Source: Marsupella aquatica (lineage: Eukaryota; Plantae; Marchantiophyta). Taken from it: a DNA stretch of 64,000 bases. Numbering within the stretch: the stretch's first letter is position 1; the number at the start of each line of letters is the position of its first letter. The stretch lies in the NCBI GenBank assembly GCA_973895155.1, contig OZ316891.1, positions 15,159,037 through 15,223,036 on the forward strand, given 5' to 3'. The notes below the pieces were generated by a model that ran no database searches, was not told the DNA's origin, and saw only the letters and a program-made list of their open reading frames with translations. Below, in pieces: positions 50,434 to 60,805 of the stretch. The position numbers and the translations under genes are program-made.

Positions 50434-53400
50434 GATGGCCAAGGGGGAAGGGCGAAAGCGACGTACCAAAGCAAAATCAATGGCTGAGGTGGCTCACGCC
50501 CCTCCATTCACTCCAATGAGTGGGACGTCAGCAGGGGGGCTTCATTCCGACCCTCTTACTTTGCCGGATATCTCTGGACAGCGACATAAGAGTAAGGCAA
50601 TTGATACGACCCCCGCTAGCGTCGCAAGTCTTGGCGATCCACGGGCTGACTACTTTGAAAAAGAGGAAGTTAGCCCTGCCGCTCACGAGCTTGACTTTTT
50701 AGATGATGAGCATGATGATGATTTGATTATGGACAATCTGGGACTTGATGGTGAGGACATTGCGGGTGATTCTGAGCCCCCACCAGTCAAGGAAGCCTTT
50801 TTAGAGGAGGAACCGGGGACTCGAGAAAGGAGACCAAAGGAGAGACATTCATCAGGCACAACCATGTTACCAAGTAGGTCCGTGACCTTCTTGGACCAGC
50901 TGACCGCCGAGCAGCGCCAAATTTATTTGGCGCTTGATGTTGACAAAAATGCCCAGTTAATTTACATTTTAAACTTGGGCAAAGAACTTGCCAAAAGCGA
51001 CGAGGGTGACTGGCCTAATAGAAGGGGTATGGTGCAAGTCAATCAGTTGCCCACACCCCGACTTATGATGGAGCCTATGAAAAAAGTGGACAAAAGTTTT
51101 GGCAATGGCTCACTACTATGGAGATCCATCTCCAAGCATCTACTGCCCCATCCACTTGGGCCTCCGCTGCCGCCCCGTATCTGTGAGAGTATGCCTTAAC
51201 TCGGTACAAGTCTTGGGCAAAGACTCTCAAGGCTAGTGGTCAACCGCTTGTTTGGAAAGACATGGTTGAAGGTCTCCGGCTCAATGTCACCACCAAGTAT
51301 CCGGAGCAACATGCAAAGAAGTGTGTCTCTGAAATGACTTATAGAGGCGATATACAAAAGTATATCGTCTACTATCAAATGCAATTGGCGTGTATTCCGG
51401 AAGGGGATAAAACCCTTTCAATGCAATTGCATAATTTCATTGTCAAGCTTCCACCGTTGCTCCGCGAGAAATTTCAAGATCGGCAGCATGAGTTTAAACA
51501 ACTCACTAATGTCTTTGACCGAGCCACGACATTGGTGAACAATCATCCTGGTTTGGCTAAGGTTAGTGGCAAAGAGCAATCCGAGCTAGCGGAGAGTAAG
51601 AAACTCAAAGTTTTTGGTGCTAAGCGTAATCAACCAGAGCGAGCGAGTTTAGGTGCAAACTCTCATGGACCTTCCGTCCACCCCAAACGTGGACGGAAGT
51701 TTTTGCCCAGGCCAGGTCAATCATCATCTGAAAAAGCAAAACATGAAGCAATCAAGGAAAAGCGCAAGTTGGAAGGGCTTTGCTTTGAATGCGGCGAGCC
51801 TGGTCATCTAAGTAAGGAGTGTCCACGGAAGGGCGCCAAACCTAATTTGGATGCGGGGGCTAAAAGCGTTAAGGTGAGTATCGCTCTAACCAATCCTCTG
51901 TTAGATGCTAGAGCTCCTAATGGGAATTCCATCACTGATATAGACGAAGTGTTGCTCGAGAAGATTATTGATGCAAAGGACAACAATCCTGCCAAACTTA
52001 TCCTAATTGAAACGTTAGCTAACAATTTTTGGGATGTTGCTTTGATTGATTCAGGTGCGATTGCCAACTTCATAAGCAAGGCGGCAGTTGAACGCAGCGG
52101 AGCAACCGTGCACAAGTTGTTAGATCCCTTGGTGTGTAAGTTTGCCAATGACACCCAAGGACTCGTTTCAAAAGTAGTCAGACATCTCAAAGTAGAAGTT
52201 GTTGGCGAAGATAGGAATTTTGTAAGTCAGGAAAGGTTCTTTGTTTTAGATGGCTTGGAGGTAGACTTTATATTGTCTATAGGCTACCTCCGTAAGCATA
52301 ATATTACTCTTCAACCTAGCAAGGAATTGCTGATTTTCCCGAGTACGGGAGGTAATCCAATCATTGTACATGAAATTTCTGAGAATAAGAAAAGTTTCTC
52401 CAAGTAAGTACAGTGTCATGGTTGACCCCTTGTATTTCGGCCAAGCAATGGTGGAAGGACTTCAAGGGTGGACATGAATGTTTCTTTTTTCATCTCCATC
52501 CAACTAAGAGCTCTATGAATTAGTCTAAGACAACAACGATTGGCCCCGATTGCGGACAAATTCCTGAAATTTTGCAGGAATTCAGTGATGTCTTGTCGCA
52601 AAAGTTACCTAAGGGATTACCTCCACGGAGAGAAGTTGATCACCAAGTTGAGCTGGAACCGGGTTCGGCTCCTCAAGCGAAGGCCCCTTACCGTTTGAAC
52701 TTGAACGAACGTGGAATGCTCAAGGAAGCATTGGAGGAATTGATTAATCAAGGGTTTATCAGGCCTAGTAAGAGTCCTTATGGTGCACCCGCGCTATTTG
52801 TGGCCAAGAAAGACGGGACCTTACGACTTTGTGCTGATTATCAAGCCCTCAACAAACAAACAGTGAAGAATTGCTATCCGCTACCTCATATGGATGATTT
52901 ATTTGACTCGCTCTCAGGTGCTCGGAAGTTTTCTAAGATAGACTTATGATCCGGTTATTATCAGATTCGTATGGCAAAAGGCGATGAATATAAAATCGCC
53001 ATGCGTACCAGGTTTGGATCCTTTGAGTATTTGGTAATGCCATTTGGATTATGCAATGCCACAGCCACGTTCATGAAAATGATGAACACAATTTTTCATG
53101 ATTTGTTGGATCAAGGAGTTGTTGTCTTCATTGACGACATCTTAATTTATTCAAAAACCGTGGAGGAGCATGAGCAATTACTAAAGGAAGTGCTTCGGCG
53201 CTTGCGCAAAGCTCATCTCTTTGCTAAACCAAGCAAATGTGATTTTTCCATGAATAAAATCCAATTTTTAGGGCACACCTTTACCGAGGATGGCATCAAA
53301 CCAAGCCATGACAAACTCGTTGATATCCGTGATTGGGAACGACCCGCAAGTGCCAAACAGGTCAGGTCCTTTTTGGGATTTGTGGATTTTTATCGACGTT

Positions 53401-54920
53401 ACATCCAAGGCTTTGCACGCCTTTCTAGACCGTTAACAATGTTAACAATGTAAAATAAAGTGTTTGTTTGGACCCAAGATTGCCAAATCACATTTCTTGA
53501 ACTTAAGCTCCGGATGGTGACTCCTCCGGTTCTCAAATTACCGGAAGTTAGAAAACCATTTGAGATATGGACCGATGGCTCTGATTTTGCTATTGGCGCT
53601 TGCCTTCATCAAGACAGGCGCCCAGTAGCTTTTGAGTCTTGTAAGCTAGAGAATCATTGGATCACCCCAGAGCGTGAATTGTATGCCGTCATCCATGCAA
53701 TTAAAAAATGGGAGTTCTATCTACGTAACAGCTCTAAGTTTGTGGTCCATTCAGATAGCTCGCCAATGGGGTACTTCAATTCTAAGCCTCGATTGAGTCC
53801 CAAAGAAATGCGCTGGCAGATGTTCCTTGAAGAATTTGACTTTGAAGTACAACATGTCCCAGGGAATATTAATAAGGCTGCTGATGCACTTTCCAGGTGC
53901 CAATGGCATTTTAATGCTTGAAACCGAGTGGCCCATGCTATTGGCTGCCCAATACGCGGACCACCGACTTGCGCAAGAGTGGCAACAAAAGGGGGGTGAC
54001 CAAGGAAAGCTACGGCACGTGTCTTGGGTGTTGGAAAAGAAATATAATGTCAATTTATGGCGATACAAACAGAGTCGCGTCTACATTCCTGAGTCACTCA
54101 GATTGGAGGTTCTGAGAAAGTACCATGACTCGCCTTGGGGTGGGCATGGGGGACAACGTTCTACTTATTCAAGTATGTCCCACGACGTGTATTGGCCAGA
54201 CATGAAAAATTCAGTATTCCAACATGTGCAAAGTTGTTACTCATGCCAGACAAACCGAACGGTTTACAAGGCAAAAGGAGGACTCTTGCAACCCTTACCC
54301 GTGGCCTCTGGACCTTGGGAGTCAATCTCCATGGATTCTATCCAAGGTCTTCCATCCTCCCATAGCTATGATGTCATCTTAACAATCGTTGATCGTTTTT
54401 CTAAGATGACATTTTTCCTTCCTACGCGCAAGACAGTTTCGGCACGGGAAGTAGCATCAATGGTGTTTAATCACGTATTCAGACTTTGGGGATTGCCTTT
54501 GCACATCTTGTCTGATCGTGACTCCAAATTCATGGGTCATTTATGGAAAACTTTATTCCGGTTATCAGGCACAGACCTTACCAGAGGGTCCACGTAGACA
54601 TGCCTGGTTCAAGAGGAATGGGCAAAAGGTACCATGTGAGCCGACTCAAGAAATTTGTAAAGGATTTGGACCCAAATCGGCAACAAGTCCTCCGGCCCGA
54701 TGCCTTGCTTGTTGATGATGTGGAGGAACACGTCGTGGAGACTATTCTTGATCATTGATACAAGCGTCGACTCAGAAAGCAAATGCTTGAATATTTGGTT
54801 AAGTGGTCTGGATACGACCAAATGGAAAGCACATGGGAGCCCAAAGATACTCTAAAACACAGTCCCAATATCCTTGCAAGCTATCGTAAGCGGAGCGACT
54901 TGCCCCCCTTATTGAAGTAG
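50434..54920 (+). pseudogene. Gypsy gag-pol with chromodomain, disrupted
   Basis: Zinc knuckle CFECGEPGHLSKEC; protease ALIDSGAIANFIS; [44 protein letters not shown]; RNase H WTDGSDFAIGACL; integrase HDSPWGGH..CYSC, ISMDSI, LSDRDSKF; chromodomain HVVETILDH..EYLVKWSGYDQMESTWEP. Several stops/frameshifts; integrase core deleted after DLTRGST (~54590). Confidence 0.93.
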
Positions 54921-55336
54921 GGCGATTGCAATTACCTAAGCAAGTTGTATCCTGGTTTCACCACACTTAGCCTCTTGAGAGTGTTCTCAAACCTGCACAA
55001 ATTAGTGGTTGTCGGGCAACCACTTTGCTATCCTTATGTTTAAGCTATTTGGTACTTGCAATACATTGTAAGCAAGTTTGATCAAACCTGTGGGAGTTAT
55101 CTCCGGGGGAGATTGATGGGTTTGTTGGACAAGGAGTCGGCTTGCCCAAGCATACTGACATCTAACTCGTTTGTTAGATAAGTTGAATTTCTCTAAGACT
55201 TGAGATGCGCACTTCAACTAGGTCCGTGTCTACCTTATAGGACGGACCACTTGTTGCCTTATATCACCTTCTAGACGCCAATTGGTCTAGGCATGTTGTA
55301 TGGTACCCATTTGGTTGACGCGGATGTCAACCATTC

Positions 55337-55350
55337 AAAAAGGGGGGGTG
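55337..55350 (+). promoter_or_regulatory. Gypsy polypurine tract
   Basis: aaaaagggggggtg then ca, then the 3' LTR. Confidence 0.88.
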
Positions 55351-55352
55351 CA

Positions 55353-56961
55353 AGTCGCGAATACAACTTTCACCTACTCGTAATTGCTCCGGCGTTGCCT
55401 AACTCCAGCGTTGAGCCCCTCTTAGATTTTCTACCATCATGGCCAGTAGGGATGCGACTAACAAAGAGGAGGCTAATAAGAGCAAGGACAAGACTTGAGA
55501 AAAGCGCGCTTCAATTTAACTCTATTGGGCCCGTTGCCGATCAAGGAAAAATGAACTATTTTTCCAATGGATCACCATAGAGGCCCGAGAAGCCCCACAT
55601 GAGCCCAATCATGGGGCTGCATATTTCTCGGTCAACGGACCTAGGGGCCAAAAGTTATGGCCAATTCAAGTTGCATACTTGTAGTTTGGGCCCGTTGCCG
55701 ATCACGGAAAAATGAAATATTTTTCCGATGGATCACCATAGGGGCCCGAGAAGCCCCACATGAGCCCGATCATGGGGCCGCATATTTTTCGGCCAACGGA
55801 CATAGGGACCAAAAGTTATGGCTGATTTAGACTCGATTAGAGTCGCCGCGCATCGATGGACCAAGAGGGGGTTGCCTGGACCAGAGCAGGTTTAGGGCCG
55901 CAACTTTTAGCCCCCTATGCCACAATTTATGCTCGAGGCCAAGTTACAGAAGGTTTTTGATTATCTTTGTTTCGAGCTAAGTGGCGGGGCCCACGAACCC
56001 TCGGGTAGGGGGCCAAAGATAGGGGACCAAAGCTGGTTCGGGGGTGGCAGGTCCCCAGAAGCATATATGAGGGGAGTGGTCCTCTCAAGTTTGAGCTCGA
56101 GCTGATCGCGATCGACGAAGATACGTCGTTTCGAGTTTTGAAGTGGAAACAAACATAACTCGACGACTAGGTCTCCGTTGGGGGAGTTCTTGGGCTCATT
56201 GGAAAGCTAATGAAGAAATCTACCTCATGGTGCTCTCTGATTGTGCATTGGATGGTTTTGGTTTTGAGGCTTGCAATGGGGGGAGTCCCTCTTGTCGATC
56301 CGAAGTCGAACAGTGACCAAACCACATTTGGTTCCCACGGGACCTGATGTTGGAGAGGTAGAACCAAGTAGACTTTGAAGGTGCCGTTGAGATCTGGTCC
56401 CGATGCATGGTGAGAGGATGAGCGGAACTCAGTTTCGCCGAGAGGTGGCTAAGATCTAGAAACTGAATGGTCCCGACGTGTTACTACTAGTTTGTGACAA
56501 ACTTAGATTGGGCCATGGGCATGTCCTGGAGGCAGGGCGGTCAGCCATTGACGGGTAGAAAGTGGGGAAGCTTGGGCGACATCCGGTAGATAGACTGTTC
56601 CGGACGAACAATGATGTCGACCTTAGTTTCAGCTTATGGCAAGGCCATGCGGGCCTGGGAGGCTCTATCCGCTGACCTATTTACTAACGATTGTTGAGCT
56701 TGATGCAGGACAATGGTCTTGGGAGTTCCGAGATCAAGATGGGTTCTTACCGGTTGGTTGGTTGTTTGTGCAGATAGTAAAGACCGTTGAACAACGGTTG
56801 TGCTGACGAGGGCAAGTGCAGCTTCGTATGGGAGGGGTCGCTAACGAGAAGGAGTATAGTCGGAGAGAACTGGCCCCAACATTTCGTGTTAGTGCAAGGT
56901 TTGACTTGTTTCAAGGCTGAGAGCCGAGTTTAGACGGGCACGTGGTGGGAGGGCCACCACT
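55353..56961 (+). repeat. Gypsy 3' LTR, 1609 bp
   Basis: agtcgcgaatacaac...gggccaccact followed by TSD ataga. Confidence 0.93.
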
Positions 56962-57470
56962 ATAGACATATGTTTTAGATGACATTGCCATAGGGGAATG
57001 TGAAGCTCCATTAAGATAGTTAGAGTGTGGTCCACCTTGTTGTGGAAACTCATGCCTACTCTAGTTTGCCTTAGTGACGCAACCTTCCATGGGAAACTAA
57101 ACGCGGTTTGGCTGCTATTTCGGTAGGATTTGGCAAGTCGGCAAGATAGCCCCCACAAACCCCAAGAATACATGGCACCCTCAGACCAAACTAAGATCAG
57201 GAGGATGTAGTCCTCCTCAAGAGCTTTCCAGCGCATCCAAGAAGTTCCCCAACGGACATCCCGTTGAGAAGTTATAGTCTTTTCCGTTTGGCTTTTCCTC
57301 TTGGCGTCGCGACCGTTGCGGCTCACGACTTGGGCTTGGCCTTGGCCCCAGGGAGACCACCACTATAGTGGTGGGAGGGCCACCACTATAGACTTATGTT
57401 TTAGATGACATTGCCATAGGGGAATGTGAAGCTCCATTAAGATAGTTAGAGTGTGGTCCACCTTGTTGTG
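56942..57470. other. 103-bp direct duplication (56942-57044, 57368-57470) bracketing an inverted ~320-bp LTR segment
   Basis: Copies differ at one position I could see (gacatatg/gacttatg); 57045-57365 is the reverse complement of the LTR middle region. Confidence 0.85.
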
Positions 57471-57507
57471 AACCAGGTGATAATAGTGGGGTGAAGCATG
57501 TTCACAT

Positions 57508-58626
57508 AGTCATGGAATGCGACTACCTTAACACTCAGCTCCGGCGTCAGTGACTCTATGGTCCAAGCCCCCGAAATGACCATCCGATAGGGACTAAGTA
57601 AGGGGAGACTAGTGGAAAACAAGACATTGCACTAGCAAGGGCAAGGCGCTAAGCTGGTGATGCACACTAAGGACTTAGAGAAGCTTGGGGCCGGTCGGGT
57701 TATGGGAAGGGGCCAAGCTCAGGGTAGACCGTTCAGACCCCCGGATAGACTTTGAGTTTTGAGGGCTTGAGTGAGAACTCCTCTTGGGCCCCACTTGGGC
57801 CCAAGGCTAACGAAGTTTACTACATGCGCAATGGACGCTTGGCGCATGAGATACGGCGCGGCCCAGGAATGGCCGTTTTAAACCCCCAACTAACAACGGG
57901 TTTAGATGTCTATAGGCAGCGTGCCTTAGCCCATTGGGATTGGGCCAACCCAAGTGTGCTCATGCCTACCGAAATAGCAGCCAAACCGCGTTTAGTTTCC
58001 CATGGAAGGTTGCGTCACTAAGGCAAACTAGAGTAGGCATGAGTTCCAAGTGCACTTGGCCCCTAGACTATAAGTTGGGCGGGAACCTTGGAAGTCGTTA
58101 CTAGAGTTGGGGTCAATCTGGTCTTGGCATTTTAGGACAAACTTGGGATAATCTTTGGGACAAGCTAAGCTATTTGGGCCATGAGCATGTATTGGGGGAA
58201 AGGCGATCAGCCAATGACGGATATAAACTAGGGAAGCACAAGCGGCACTCAAAGAGGGGTTGTTTTGGACAAACAATGGGTATTGGTTCTGGCTTCAGCT
58301 TATGGCAAGGCCATGCGGGCCTAGGAGGTTCTATTTGTTGACCTACTTAGCAATGTTTGTTGTGTTTGAGTTAGGATGCTAGTCTCGGAGGGCCTAGATC
58401 TTACAAGTTATTTACCAAGGTGTTTGGTTGCTTGTGCAAACAGTGAAGACCATTGGGCGACGGTCGTGTAGTGAGCAAGTGTGGCTTTGTGTGGGAGTGG
58501 CCGCTGGAGGTGCAAGAGGTACCAAGTTGGTTGCTCGAGGAGTTTTATGTAGGCGCTCGGATGCCAAGGGCACTTAGGTGTGGGTACTGGGATTGGTGAG
58601 GGCGCTGGGTGGCAAGGGCCACCACT
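57508..58626 (+). mobile_element. Solo LTR 3 (1119 bp, internally deleted and inverted), termini AGT...ACT
   Basis: agtcatggaatgcgactaccttaacact...gggccaccact; TSD cacat/aacat; colinear with solo LTRs 1 and 2 except ~57870-57968. Confidence 0.85.
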
Positions 58627-59189
58627 AACATCAAGTACTATTTTATCAAGTAGACAACGTTTGATAATCTGTTGGAGCCAATCAAGAGTGACGAATGATA
58701 AACTCAATCCAGCTCATGCCTTTACCAAAGTGATTCATTTGGAGAGTTTTTCTAGACGCAGTGGCCACTGATTCATATAAAGAGACTTTATAGACACCTT
58801 TGCCCTTAGTTCTACCCTTAGTTCTACCCTTAGTTCTACCTTTAGGTTAGTCGTATTGACACTATATACATAAGCGGGTATTTGCTTGTTAGATCAAACT
58901 CAAGCTCATTGTGACGAAGCCAATTGAGTGGTAGGGAGAACTTGTATTGTGAATTCTCAATATGGTCAACGGGCCTAGAGTACAATAGAACTCTTGTGTG
59001 TTCCTGTGGACGTAGCCTTACTTGAGGTGAACCATGTATCTTTTGGTGTTGAATACTTGTTTGTTGAATATTTATGGGCATGCCGTTATGAATGTAGTCT
59101 TTGATCGACAAAAACAAAACTTTGGCCACATGAGTTAGAGATGTTTTGATAGCCAAAGCAAGTGTTTTTTGTGCTCAACAACCTTGTAT

Positions 59190-59342
59190 AATAGAATTTC
59201 ATCCACATAAATAGGAGATGCTTATATTGCCCAATGGAGTGCTGTTTGTGATATGCTCAACAATCATGCATAGTAGAACTTTATCCACATGAATAAGGGA
59301 TGTTTATGTGGCCCCATGGAGTGCTGTTTGTGATCTGCTCAA
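59190..59342. repeat. ~80-bp tandem duplication
   Basis: tagaa.tt.atccacat.aata.g.gatg.ttat..atggagtgctgtttgtgat.tgctcaa twice. Confidence 0.7.
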
Positions 59343-60805
59343 GAGTGATGTCCAAGGGAACTTTTCACACACGAACAAGAGATGATTCCATTCCCCAAAC
59401 AAGTGCAATTTGGGTGCCCCAAGTAATGTCCAAGAGATGTTAAGTTAAATTGTTCCAATGTAGAGAACTTAACTACGAGCAAGTCCAGATTGATTCCCAC
59501 ACCCACGGCAGAAACATGTGCAAACATGTGGGCAACCAGTCATATACTAAGAATGTCCGGCAGACTACTGAGGACCTAGCCATGTGTGTCCCACTAGCCA
59601 CCCCCAAAAACAAACTGTCGATGAGATGCCTCATTTTAAGCTCACAGGCAACTGGGAGACCTTCCTAGTACCTAGACCTCACAACGCAAACAACTACATG
59701 CAGAAAACACCTCCTCATTGGAGGGTAGAAAGCAACCTTCAGGTTTACACATGGAGTCGGTTTTACTTGGATGGTTCAATCTTAAGCTAATATTCATGCC
59801 TTTACTCTTTTCAATATTATTGGCCTGTGGATTGGCCCATAAAAAAGAGGACTCACTCAGAAATACGGTGAGATTGCCACCAGAGGAAGAATGCTACAGA
59901 TCGCTATATCATCCATTCCATCTCAATAGAGCCAACGTCATTTCTTACACGTGCATCATCAGTCAACTCAAGATGCCCATTGTTGATGCCGTCGGTCTGT
60001 TGTAGGATATCCACCCGCAACAATTCCTTCTAGGGCTACAGAAGAAACTTGGACAGAAGAAGCTCACATCAGCCATTCAGGCTTCTATATAAGGTGACAC
60101 AAGATGGTTCTAGAAAGCTAACACCTGACCCCACCACTGGCAAGTCAATCAGGGACCAACTTCTCTCACATATAACTAAAATTTACTGTCAACAAGAAGC
60201 ATGTTAAACATCAGAAACTCCCTGGAGGAAAAGAGCAGAAGGGAAGACCGATAGTGAAGATGGAGATCAGAAACACAGGTGAATATAGCCAGCACTACAG
60301 TAGAAGGAGATCGTATAGATCGAATCTTTCACAGGCAGAAAGACCTCAAAGTTCTCAGAGTCAGTGCTAGTCTTGATACAGGCTCACTGCTAGGAAGCTG
60401 CAATTGGCAGACTTATAAACGCTGGTAGGCTACAATGACGATGACATCACGGCCAATCTTACCAACTTATTAGAAAAATATATGGAGGGCGACTGCAAAA
60501 TTGAGAAAAGATTCTCTTCCACTTTAATTGAAAGGCTCTCAGCACAAAGTTTTATAATTATACATCTGAATGGAGCCATTCAGTATCAAATAGGTAGTGA
60601 ACCAATGCATCCAAAATAACCCATGACAAACTCATCCGTTAAACTGTCTACTATCTTTCCTGTACATCAGAGTAAGGTCAAAGCGACAAGGGCATCTGTG
60701 GTTTGCAAATGGTCGCAGCTCTGGATTTCAATTTTCCAAATTTCGTAGACAAATGTAAGCATCTACTGTAGCAATTTGAGATCAATCAAGTGTTAGTCTC
60801 GCAGA

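Larger units (their letters stand above)
48673..56961 (+). mobile_element. Ty3/gypsy chromovirus-type LTR retrotransposon, 8.3 kb, non-canonical AGT...ACT termini
   Basis: Two 1609-bp LTRs, perfect 5-bp TSD ataga (48668-48672, 56962-56966), PBS, PPT, gag-PR-RT-RH-IN-chromodomain. Confidence 0.95.
48645..59180 (+). mobile_element. Old copia 3' remnant (RNase H end plus 3' LTR) split by the gypsy element and solo LTR 3
   Basis: Removing insertions gives ETIWLDR|HMF*MTLP..VHLVVNQV..VKHVHI|KYYFIK..DKLNPAHAFTKVIHLESFSRR, matching the copia RNase H end EAIWLDRLITKMGLP..KLNPADAFTKVIPLESFSRHR; 58845-59180 resembles the copia LTR and ends gtgctcaaca. Confidence 0.8.

Noticed and set aside
55349-55352. 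tgca before the 3' LTR as a canonical TG start
   Set aside because: The 5' LTR has taga at the equivalent position (part of the TSD), and all solo LTRs start at AGT.
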